Below are positions 28,546 through 36,410 of a stretch of DNA of 64,000 nt, in pieces. The first letter of the stretch is position 1, and each line of letters opens with the position of its first letter. Both the position numbers and the translations under genes were made by a program. This DNA comes from a virus: the IMG/VR virus record IMGVR_UViG_3300044800_000286, one strand, 5' to 3'. The notes beneath the pieces were generated by a model, which was given only the letters and a program-made list of their open reading frames with translations, made no database searches and was not told the DNA's origin.

Positions 28546-28695
28546 TCATGCGGGGGATTCCTCCTTGGCGGAATAGTCTTGGGCCAAAAGTTGCTCTTCT
28601 GTCACGGGCACAGGAGGTTTGGGGTTTCTACTTTTGAGCCAGAGGTAAAAGCCGCCGAACACAAGAACAGCAAGAAGGATATCTATAAGAATCAC
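28546..28695 (-). CDS. Small single-TM cargo protein
   Basis: GGAG RBS; MILIDILLAVLVFGGFYLWLKSRN... Confidence 0.45.
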   Translation of the reverse strand: MILIDILLAVLVFGGFYLWLKSRNPKPPVPVTEEQLLAQDYSAKEESPA

Positions 28696-28924
28696 GGTCT
28701 CCTCACTTTGCCTTTTTCCACAAGTAGCGGATTAAGGCTACCATCAAAACAAGCGGCAGCCCAAAAACAACGAGGTAAAACAAAATCCCCAGCCCAAGCA
28801 TTAGATAAAGCACATTCTTCTCCTCCCGCGGTTAGGACGCACTGAACTCAACCCTCCCGTGTAGTATACCACATTTGGGTAAAAGGCTACTACCCCAAGC
28901 CGTTGATTTGCTGGAGCTTCTGAC

Positions 28925-28951
28925 GCTTGTGGACTCAAGCGTATAATTCCC
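28925..28951. mobile_element. IS1595-type end followed by TSD-like CTATTTTC
   Basis: Reverse complement GGGAATTATACGCTTGAGTCCACAAGC. Confidence 0.7.
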
Positions 28952-29096
28952 CTATTTTCAAGTATTTTCAACACCCTAAAGTCGGCCTTACCCTGCCCTG
29001 AAGTGCAGGGCTTGCGGCCTCCACGGGTCAAAGCCGCAGTACGGGCAAGCCGACTCAAGGTCTTGGTCCCCCCGAGCGAGGACGAGCGGATCAGGG

Positions 29097-29705
29097 TCAG
29101 GCACGGGCTCCCTCCAATTTATTGGGGTGTTTCTTTTTCCATCGAGCCCTGGTTTGAGCAGCGTGCTGATTGAGATGCTTTTGACAGCAAGTTCTACCCC
29201 GTGTTGCTTGGGCCGGACAACGTGTGCACAAACCAACGGATATTCTTTCTTTGTAGGTTTTGGCTTTCTCTGCCTTCCTATGTTTTGTACACACTTGATT
29301 ATATCCTGTGCGTTGACTGCAGTTGCGATAGAACTTATCAACAGGGCGAAACTCATTACAATGACCGCACCAATTCATCCCAGCAGGAGCATCCTTGCGA
29401 TTAGGCCGCTTGCCGTTGGCAGCATTGCAAGAAAAATGCGAGAAAGCAATGTTGTCCAAATCCCAGTAAAGTTTTGAGTCAACATCACGCCATGCCTTTT
29501 TATGTTCAATGCTGAATTCTTTAACCTGCGTGATTTTGAAACCGCACCTAAAACAAGTATCTAAACCAAGACGCTTCGCCATACTGAACATCAGTAGCCG
29601 AGTGAGCTTATACGCCGCACGAGTAACCGGCATACCCAATTGCTGGCTGGCCTTGAGATGCTTAGAGTTCCTGCTCAAATACGGGGCTGCTTGTAGTAAA
29701 TCCAT
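29097..29705 (-). CDS. HNH endonuclease
   Basis: CFRCG...SIEHKKAW...DNIAFSHFSCN. Confidence 0.8.
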   Translation of the reverse strand: MDLLQAAPYLSRNSKHLKASQQLGMPVTRAAYKLTRLLMFSMAKRLGLDTCFRCGFKITQVKEFSIEHKKAWRDVDSKLYWDLDNIAFSHFSCNAANGKRPNRKDAPAGMNWCGHCNEFRPVDKFYRNCSQRTGYNQVCTKHRKAEKAKTYKERISVGLCTRCPAQATRGRTCCQKHLNQHAAQTRARWKKKHPNKLEGARA

Positions 29706-29710
29706 AATTG

Positions 29711-30691
29711 TTAAGCACCGCCAAGAAATCGAGAGCCTTCTGTCAATTCAATCATCTGATATTGTGCCTTCAGCCGCTCTACGGTTTTTTTGAGTGATGT
29801 ACCGTATTTGTCCGCCACGACCAGAATGCTATTCATGCGCGGGATCATAGTGCAATTTTCCTGTGTAATATCCACGTCCCGCACGACTTCATATATGAGC
29901 TTTCGAGCGAAAAGTACCGTCTGCAAAATGTCCCCTCCGGATTTGGAGAAGAACGGATACGGGATGCCCTCAGCGTGAAACTCTATGCCTTTAGGGTTTG
30001 GGGGATCAGAGGGGGCGTAACACGCCATCGGCGGTGCATTAGGCCATGCCAAATACCAAACGGCCAATTCAGGAAGAACTTTAAGGTAACGATCCGCCCC
30101 AACCCCCAGCATGCTAAGGTTCATCGAATCGGCCAGCGCGGGCGTCTTGCCCTTGGGGCTCACTCTGAAAGAAATTTGCGGAGAAAATTGCGCTATGATT
30201 CTCAGCGCCTTAAGGGAGGAAACCGCCGTGTTGTAATTCTTCTGCTCTTCCGTGGCGACTTCCGCTTGCTTGACCATCTTTGCTTTGGATGCGAAGGGGT
30301 CAAGCTTTGCATCTTTTGGCCATGCTTCCTTCAATCGAGCGATTTCCTTCTCGGCGTCTCCGCTCTGGTACGCCATGCCATTGTACGTCTGGAGATTCAG
30401 CAGGACTTGGGAGTAGAGATTATAGTCGAGCAACGGATGGCTCGCCTTGAGAATCGCCAGCCTGTCGAAACCTGTGGGCTCCGTCTTCACGCCGGGGCCG
30501 CTCTCGTACCACGCCTCGCGCATGATGCCGTAAATGATCCCCTGCCAAAAATCAGTGCGTGAAAAAGGAAGCTGCTCGTAGTTTTTCTTGAATTCCGTTT
30601 CAAGGGTCGCCTCGGTATCAAAGGCGGCATTGATCCGGTCGCAGAACGTCTTGGCTACTTCGTCGTAGATTCTGGTGTCTTCTGATTGCAT
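29711..30691 (-). CDS. Hypothetical protein
   Basis: Long ORF, GGAG RBS. Confidence 0.65.
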   Translation of the reverse strand: MQSEDTRIYDEVAKTFCDRINAAFDTEATLETEFKKNYEQLPFSRTDFWQGIIYGIMREAWYESGPGVKTEPTGFDRLAILKASHPLLDYNLYSQVLLNLQTYNGMAYQSGDAEKEIARLKEAWPKDAKLDPFASKAKMVKQAEVATEEQKNYNTAVSSLKALRIIAQFSPQISFRVSPKGKTPALADSMNLSMLGVGADRYLKVLPELAVWYLAWPNAPPMACYAPSDPPNPKGIEFHAEGIPYPFFSKSGGDILQTVLFARKLIYEVVRDVDITQENCTMIPRMNSILVVADKYGTSLKKTVERLKAQYQMIELTEGSRFLGGA

Positions 30692-30773
30692 AGATCGCAC
30701 TCCACTCTGGGCGCATACTCTTCGCCGCAGGACGGGCACATGTGCCCACTATCGTCGTAACCGATTGCCCAAC

Positions 30774-31103
30774 TCATTTGAGCTTCCCCCTCACCACCAC
30801 GGCAAGCTCCGCGAGGCAGTTGAAGAACGTGTCGTCCTCCCGCCCCTCGATCTCAAGCTGCTTGGAATAGACAAGGGCATCACATAGTTCTTGGTGGAGG
30901 TCGAGCATGGCATCTCGCCCGTTATGGGGCTTAAGCCGAACGCCATACTTACGTTCGCCAAGCCGGATGCGGGCCTCGATATCCTCCGCAAGCTCTGGAT
31001 GCCCCATCCTCCGGAGATCGGCCGCCGCCTCCGTGGCGACATCAATTCCGTTGCCCGTAGGCATCGGCTGCACCCGCGCTGCCAGTTCCGGGTCGTCTAA
31101 CAT
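30774..31103 (-). CDS. Conserved phage protein, possibly MazG-like all-alpha NTP pyrophosphatase fold
   Basis: GERKYG..L...NGRD..LD..QELCDALVY. Confidence 0.5.
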   Translation of the reverse strand: MLDDPELAARVQPMPTGNGIDVATEAAADLRRMGHPELAEDIEARIRLGERKYGVRLKPHNGRDAMLDLHQELCDALVYSKQLEIEGREDDTFFNCLAELAVVVRGKLK

Positions 31104-31109
31104 GCTGGT

Positions 31110-31694
31110 TTATTCCGCCCTTCCCGTATCCTTGAGGCTTTCTTTGTAAGCCTCCCACGCGGGCATCTTCTTCTGCATCTTCGCCTTCACCTGTTCAATA
31201 CTGACCGGGGCGAAATCCCACGCATCCACCCCAATATCGAACGAAAGCGAATGGTCCTCGGGAAGATTCGAGTGCGAGTGCCCGTAAATTTGCCAGCTTC
31301 CCTTGTGGCTGCCCGGCCAAGTTCTCATGGCGTAATGGCAAAGCGTGATCGGGGGTATGCCGTCTATCTTGGGCTTGATCGTCTCAAGATCATGCATCCA
31401 GACGAAACAAGTCGGATCGTGGCGGAACATTTCCTTCGCTACGCTGTCGTGGTTGCCGAGGATGTAGTAGAAGTTCCCCGTAAGGCGCTTGCGGAACCGC
31501 ATCGCTTCGTCCCATTTGATCTTGAGCGCGAGGTCGCCCAAAAAATAAACGAGGTCTCCGGGGCGGACTACGGCGTTGTGGCGGTCGGCGATGGCGGCAT
31601 GCATCTCGTCCAAGGACGAAAACGGGCGGCCTTTGCCCAGCGTCAATATGTTCCAATGTCCTATGTGGTAGTCGGCGGTGAACCAGATAGCCAT
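31110..31694 (-). CDS. Calcineurin-like metallophosphoesterase
   Basis: ADYHIGH, LGD, GNHD, CHY, GHSH. Confidence 0.9.
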   Translation of the reverse strand: MAIWFTADYHIGHWNILTLGKGRPFSSLDEMHAAIADRHNAVVRPGDLVYFLGDLALKIKWDEAMRFRKRLTGNFYYILGNHDSVAKEMFRHDPTCFVWMHDLETIKPKIDGIPPITLCHYAMRTWPGSHKGSWQIYGHSHSNLPEDHSLSFDIGVDAWDFAPVSIEQVKAKMQKKMPAWEAYKESLKDTGRAE

Positions 31695-31823
31695 CAGTTC
31701 TCCTTGGCTTCCTTCCGGAAGTCCTTTCCCTAATACTCCGGAAACGATCATAGCACAGCGACTGACACCCAATGTGTTGGTCGTCTTATAAATCGTAAAC
31801 AGCATTATTCCAATGAGCACGAT

Positions 31824-32510
31824 TCACAAATCATCCGCTCCAGCTTGTAGCCGTTCTCTCGCAGCAGCAGCATATTTGGCATTCAATTCGAATCCGATGA
31901 ACTTCCTTCCCGAATTCTTACAAGCAATTGCAGCACTAGCACTTCCAGCAAAACAATCAAGAACTAAATCTCCGGGCAACGAAGATTTGCGGATGAGTTT
32001 TTCTAGAAGCGGTACTGGTTTCTCCGCTGGATGTGTGCGTTTATTCACCGGTACGGTGGGGCATACCAAAAGATCGCTATCCCCAGTTTTAATCGCTGGA
32101 GCATCTGACATCTGAGCAAACAGAATATACTGGCAACGATACCGCCAAGTGTAGCCATTGATTGCCGTGCCGCGATCCCAAACTAAAAGCCGCAAGTTCT
32201 TCACGAATTCATACAGGTAACAGTAGTACAAAGGGTAACTTTGACTATCACAGAAAATGTACAAGCTGCCATCCAACGAGATTTTTGGGACTAGCAAAGC
32301 AAACAAGTCACCGTAAAAATGATCCAGCAGGGAGAGGTTGCTTAGTGACCGTTGGTGGTTTGAACGCCCACTGATGAACTGTGCTGGCGGAGTAAAATAC
32401 GGCGGGTCGGTGACGAGGAGCCGAACCGACCCATTGGTCAGTCCGCCTATTAATTCCAAACAGTTGCCCTGAATCAACTCAATATCTCCCAACTCAATAC
32501 TCCTTTTCAC
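31824..32510 (-). CDS. DNA methyltransferase (N6A/N4C, beta class), orphan
   Basis: TDPPY, HPAEKP, LDCFAGS, IGFE. Confidence 0.9.
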   Translation of the reverse strand: MKRSIELGDIELIQGNCLELIGGLTNGSVRLLVTDPPYFTPPAQFISGRSNHQRSLSNLSLLDHFYGDLFALLVPKISLDGSLYIFCDSQSYPLYYCYLYEFVKNLRLLVWDRGTAINGYTWRYRCQYILFAQMSDAPAIKTGDSDLLVCPTVPVNKRTHPAEKPVPLLEKLIRKSSLPGDLVLDCFAGSASAAIACKNSGRKFIGFELNAKYAAAARERLQAGADDL

Positions 32511-32522
32511 ACGATTGACACC

Positions 32523-33533
32523 CTAAAGCTCGCACAACTCGCAGATCATCTGCTCCAATTTGTAGTCTTCGCCGCAAAGCTGATGGATGACCCCCTTGGC
32601 GTCCCCGGCGTCCAGCCCGGCCACGGTCGCGTCCATCCCCTCGAAGAACGCCTTGATGTCGTCCGACTTGCCGACCCGCTCCATGCCCTTGTCGGCCGTC
32701 TGGAAGGCGATCTCCAGCGGCTTGACGGGAATCCCCTGCTCCTTGTATGCTACGCTGCCGTCCGGCTTGAAGCTCAGTATGGCGGCGGCTACCGGGCGCT
32801 CAACCTCATCATAGGCAAGCGCGGCACGGGCCAAGGAGCCCAAGCGAATATGCGTGACGTTCCCGACCTGCTGCGTCTCCTCGCGGCTGTGATCGTGCCC
32901 CCAGAGCAGAAAATCGAAATCCGCGTCCCGGAGTTGGTCGTACCCGATGGTGGGCTCGCCGAATAGGCTCCCAGCGCCCCCCGGATGCCCGTAGGCGTGC
33001 ACAATCCCCACCCTGTGGTTTACCCCCGGCAAACGGGGTCCGGCTCCCAGGATCGCCCCCAGCGCCTTGCCGTCCGCAAGGTAGGGGAAAGTCTCGACAC
33101 TCGCCTTGACCGTCTCGTCCTCGTTCACGAAGAGGATCGACTCCCGGTTCAGGTCATGGTACACCCCGAGTTCTGCCAAAAGGCCCAAGGGCTGGTGCGA
33201 CAGGGAATCCATGCGGTCATAGGTCAGGTCGTGATTTCCGATTGCCCCGTAGACTTTGCCTTGCGGAAAGCGGCGGAGGACGTTGATCAAGTCGATGAGG
33301 AGGTGGAAGCTATTGCCTGCGTGCCGAGGAATTTTATGGTGGAAAATGTCACCCCCGCACAAGCCTACGCCGCCGAGCTTCTCCACGAGATTGCGGATAT
33401 ATTCGATCTTGGCGAGGATGGCGCTGCGGTAGTCGTCCTTGCGGCGGGCGGGCGGAACCTCGGTGAGGTGCCAGTCTGTCGAAAACACCAAATTCACTCT
33501 ATTTTTTGAGTCGCTAAGTTTGACTTTTTTCAC
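32523..33533 (-). CDS. sbcD: SbcD/Mre11-like nuclease
   Basis: TDWH, GGDIFH, GNHD, GHDH, GSLAR. Confidence 0.85.
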   Translation of the reverse strand: MKKVKLSDSKNRVNLVFSTDWHLTEVPPARRKDDYRSAILAKIEYIRNLVEKLGGVGLCGGDIFHHKIPRHAGNSFHLLIDLINVLRRFPQGKVYGAIGNHDLTYDRMDSLSHQPLGLLAELGVYHDLNRESILFVNEDETVKASVETFPYLADGKALGAILGAGPRLPGVNHRVGIVHAYGHPGGAGSLFGEPTIGYDQLRDADFDFLLWGHDHSREETQQVGNVTHIRLGSLARAALAYDEVERPVAAAILSFKPDGSVAYKEQGIPVKPLEIAFQTADKGMERVGKSDDIKAFFEGMDATVAGLDAGDAKGVIHQLCGEDYKLEQMICELCEL

Positions 33534-34564
33534 GGCTGGGGCTCCATATCAGTAAGATCATATCCACCGCTGGCGTTGGGCACAAGAAAACGAATTGGCA
33601 TGCAAAATCTAGTAGCTAATTCGCGTTCGGCATTAATTCCTATTGAAGACTTAAACCCGGATACACACAACACCCACACCTCTAAAGCCCTTGAGATCAT
33701 AGCCCGATCAAAATTAGCCCAAAACTCCCAATTTCCGGGAACCTTGCCGTAAGCGCTTATGGGATGGGAGTAGATTATGGGAGAAAAAAAGAAAGTACTA
33801 GGATAGTTTAGATACAGCCACCTGTATGCCTCTACGGCCGTATCGTATCTTTGAATTTCAACTTGTTTGTCACTGTGCGTATAGGGGCTGGCTAGATAGA
33901 TAAACCCGTCTGTTTTTTCTGTGGAAGAAAGCTTGGTTTCCCATCCGTGTACAATTTTTCTGAATTCATCAAGTGAATAATTGCGTTTTATAGTGTTCGC
34001 CTTGTAGCTTATGATCCACACGTTTCCACATACATACCCTTTGGAGTTATCAATCCTATCTATCGAGGGACTATCAAACCCTACCCGGCCTTTGTTTTTA
34101 ACCAGAGGAATACCCAGCAAAGGACAAACAGCGGGAATCTTCCCTATATCATTGATGGTAAGGTTGAATTTGATCTTTTTAGACTTAGCTCGTTCTTTGG
34201 CGGAACACAGCATCTTGTATTCCAAAAAACCGGGATCACCAAATTGGTGTTTTCTTCTGCGAGCACATCCGCAGCTTATTTTTCCGTTGCGAAGATATGC
34301 CACGGTAGCTAATGTGTCTTTTCCGCAGTCGCAACGGCAAAGCCAAAGTACCGCACCATTCCTTCTTTCGGCGACAGGCTCAACAACTACCAATTTTCCA
34401 AATCTTTGCCCTTTGATATCCGACCTATAAAGTCCCCTAGATTGATGCCCAGCGACAAATCGTTGAGCTTCGCCCTTCTTTACTCCGCGACGCTTATCAT
34501 TTCTTTTTGCTGGGGGAGCCGATAGCCCGCAATTGCATTGACACATTCCGGTTGAATTACACAT
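33530..34564 (-). CDS. HNH homing endonuclease fused to a complete DUF1937-like (nucleoside deoxyribosyltransferase-like) domain
   Basis: WLCRCDCG, SPSIDRIDNSKGY...N; then FIYLASPYTH...SPIIYSH...FDRAMI...SIGINAE. Confidence 0.8.
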   Translation of the reverse strand: MCNSTGMCQCNCGLSAPPAKRNDKRRGVKKGEAQRFVAGHQSRGLYRSDIKGQRFGKLVVVEPVAERRNGAVLWLCRCDCGKDTLATVAYLRNGKISCGCARRRKHQFGDPGFLEYKMLCSAKERAKSKKIKFNLTINDIGKIPAVCPLLGIPLVKNKGRVGFDSPSIDRIDNSKGYVCGNVWIISYKANTIKRNYSLDEFRKIVHGWETKLSSTEKTDGFIYLASPYTHSDKQVEIQRYDTAVEAYRWLYLNYPSTFFFSPIIYSHPISAYGKVPGNWEFWANFDRAMISRALEVWVLCVSGFKSSIGINAERELATRFCMPIRFLVPNASGGYDLTDMEPQP

Positions 34565-34658
34565 ACGCCGCCACGAAACGGTATTCTTGAAGAGCTTTGT
34601 CGGGGGATGAATGTGGGCTCGCCAGATAGACAAGCCTCCCCTTGTGTTCTTGAGCCAT
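34557..34658 (-). pseudogene. Truncated N-terminus of the original DUF1937-like gene (33 aa)
   Basis: MAQEHKGRLVYLASPHSSPDKALQEYRFVAAYV*, leaderless start. Confidence 0.7.
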
Positions 34659-34957
34659 GCCGATTAATACTGGCTAATGGAAATAAACGCCCTTCTCTAT
34701 CATGCGCTCTTCGAGAATGGCCCATGGGGCATGTCGGGATCGCTAATGGGTTGCTGAAGATGCGGCTCTTCGCCCGTTCCCCCGCACCTTGAGCAGACTA
34801 GCTGTGCGGGGGCAAGAAGAGCCATCACGGTAGCTACCGCCGTATCCGCATCAAAATGGGCGCGATCAAAATAATCATCCGGTTGAAGCCATCCGGATTC
34901 GATGGCTTGCCGTACCCGTTCTTCGGTTGGCACCATAAGCAGACTCCGCAATCCGGA

Positions 34958-35632
34958 TTACAATTCTTCTACGTCGTCCTGAGCCTTCGCCGCGGGAGTC
35001 GCGGGCGGTACTGCTCCCTGAGCGGGGCCAGATTGCGAAACAGTAGTCGGAGGAGCCGGGGTCCTCAGCTTGGCAACTTCGGTCTTGGCTGCGGAGATCA
35101 AGGTGGCTGCATCTTTCTCGGCGTCGGCAATCAGCTTTTTCGCTTCGGCCTTGGCGTCAGCCAAAAGCTTCTCGGCCTTGTCCCGCACACCGGCCCCATC
35201 CGCCTCGGCTTTATCGAGCACTTTTTGCGCCTCTGCCTTGGCTTCAGCGATTAACTTCTCGGCTTCAACTTTAGCATCGGCGAGGAGCTTGTCGGCCTCG
35301 AACTTCACCTCGTTGCCTTCCTTCTCCCACTCGGCTTCCAGCTTCTCGTATTCAGCCTTTGCGTCGGCGACCAGCTCCTCGGCGTCCGCCTTCGCTAAAG
35401 CGAGAATCTTCTTCGCTTCCGTCTTGACATCCGGGCCCAGTTCCTTCGCCACCGCTTCGGCCTTATAGACCCCGTTGAGGAAGGCCGCATAAGAACTCGC
35501 CATCGTCTCGGCGAACGCTATTCGTGGAAAATTTACTTCGGTCACCTCTCCTTGGCTATGCGTAACTAAAACCGAATACGAACCATCTGAATTTTTCACC
35601 GCCACTGCGTGCTCTACAGGTACCGTGCCCAT
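34958..35632 (-). CDS. A/E/K-rich 11-mer repeat coiled-coil protein
   Basis: Repeated AEKLLADAKAE-like units; GAGGAG RBS. Confidence 0.75.
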   Translation of the reverse strand: MGTVPVEHAVAVKNSDGSYSVLVTHSQGEVTEVNFPRIAFAETMASSYAAFLNGVYKAEAVAKELGPDVKTEAKKILALAKADAEELVADAKAEYEKLEAEWEKEGNEVKFEADKLLADAKVEAEKLIAEAKAEAQKVLDKAEADGAGVRDKAEKLLADAKAEAKKLIADAEKDAATLISAAKTEVAKLRTPAPPTTVSQSGPAQGAVPPATPAAKAQDDVEEL

Positions 35633-35663
35633 ATTGTCTCCTCAATCTGTGTGTTCAATCGTA

Positions 35664-35716
35664 CTGCCCATGCCGTACCAAGCCTTACCCCGCCAAGCCA
35701 TACCGCGCCTTACCGC
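35664..35716. repeat. Degenerate pentamer tandem repeat ((G/A)CCNN)
   Basis: GCCCA TGCCG TACCA AGCCT TACCC CGCCA AGCCA TACCG CGCCT TACCG. Confidence 0.7.
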
Positions 35717-35728
35717 ATTGAAAAATAA

Positions 35729-36028
35729 TTACCCCTCATTCTGAAGCTCTTGGAATTTGGACACCAATGATTCGCCCTGCGAAAGCTGCTCTTCTAAAAC
35801 CACAACCTTTTGCTCTAGCTCTTTTTTCTTCTCGTCGGCTAGGGCTTGAAGCTGTTTTGCTGTCATGCCTTCCGGGCTCTCGATCCCGTTCTGGCGCAGG
35901 TTTTTATAGGCCTCATTTTGCTTCTGCTGTTGCACGGCCTGCTCGCGCAAAATCGAATCGCGAGAAGCTTGCAATGTTTTGACCCGCCCCTGAATTGCTT
36001 TTAGTGTTTCTGTTGTAACTTCTGCCAT
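35729..36028 (-). CDS. Coiled-coil hypothetical protein
   Basis: Q/E/K-rich helical ORF flanked by pentamer repeats. Confidence 0.65.
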   Translation of the reverse strand: MAEVTTETLKAIQGRVKTLQASRDSILREQAVQQQKQNEAYKNLRQNGIESPEGMTAKQLQALADEKKKELEQKVVVLEEQLSQGESLVSKFQELQNEG

Positions 36029-36055
36029 CGTAAAACCCCCGCCTCACCCTACCAT

Positions 36056-36180
36056 GCCTCGCCTCGCCTCGCCTCGCCTCGCCTCGCCTCGCCTCGCCTC
36101 GCCTCGCCTCGCCTCGCCTCGCCTCGCCTCGCCTCGCCTCGCCTCGCCTCGCCTCGCCTCGCCTCGCCTCGCCTCGCCTC
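36056..36180. repeat. Perfect microsatellite (GCCTC)25
   Basis: Direct count, with degenerate flanking units. Confidence 0.95.
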
Positions 36181-36188
36181 GCCATGCC

Positions 36189-36225
36189 CTAGTCCTCCAC
36201 CAAAAAATCTCGTTCCTGTCCTACC
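36189..36225. repeat. 37-bp dispersed exact repeat, copy 2
   Basis: Identical to 10207-10243. Confidence 0.95.
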
Positions 36226-36410
36226 CACCCGATGCCACGGCACGAACACCATCTTCGTCTGGATACTCACCCTCAGGTCTTCCGCTCTCGGATCGCTCCA
36301 CCAATAACCACCCGCTTCCCGGATGTTTTCCAGCGTCCGCTGGGCAGCATCAAAATTAGGCCAAGTCTGCTCGTAACTGTGATCCCCAGCACGGTCCTGA
36401 ATGTAAAGCG

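Larger units (their letters stand above)
28532..29031 (+). mobile_element. Non-autonomous IS200/IS605-type element (500 bp) with cargo
   Basis: TTGAC target then left hairpin TCCCCCGCAT-TC-ATGCGGGGGA; right hairpin CCCTGC.CTGAAG.GCAGGG and terminal TCAA; excision restores the ORF ...ACPYCG|CQSIF*. Confidence 0.7.

Noticed and set aside
25740-28951. One 3.2-kb composite element between these two ends
   Set aside because: The TSD matches 7/8, but the 28951 end lies inside a separately delimited IS605-type insertion, so the pairing is unsupported.
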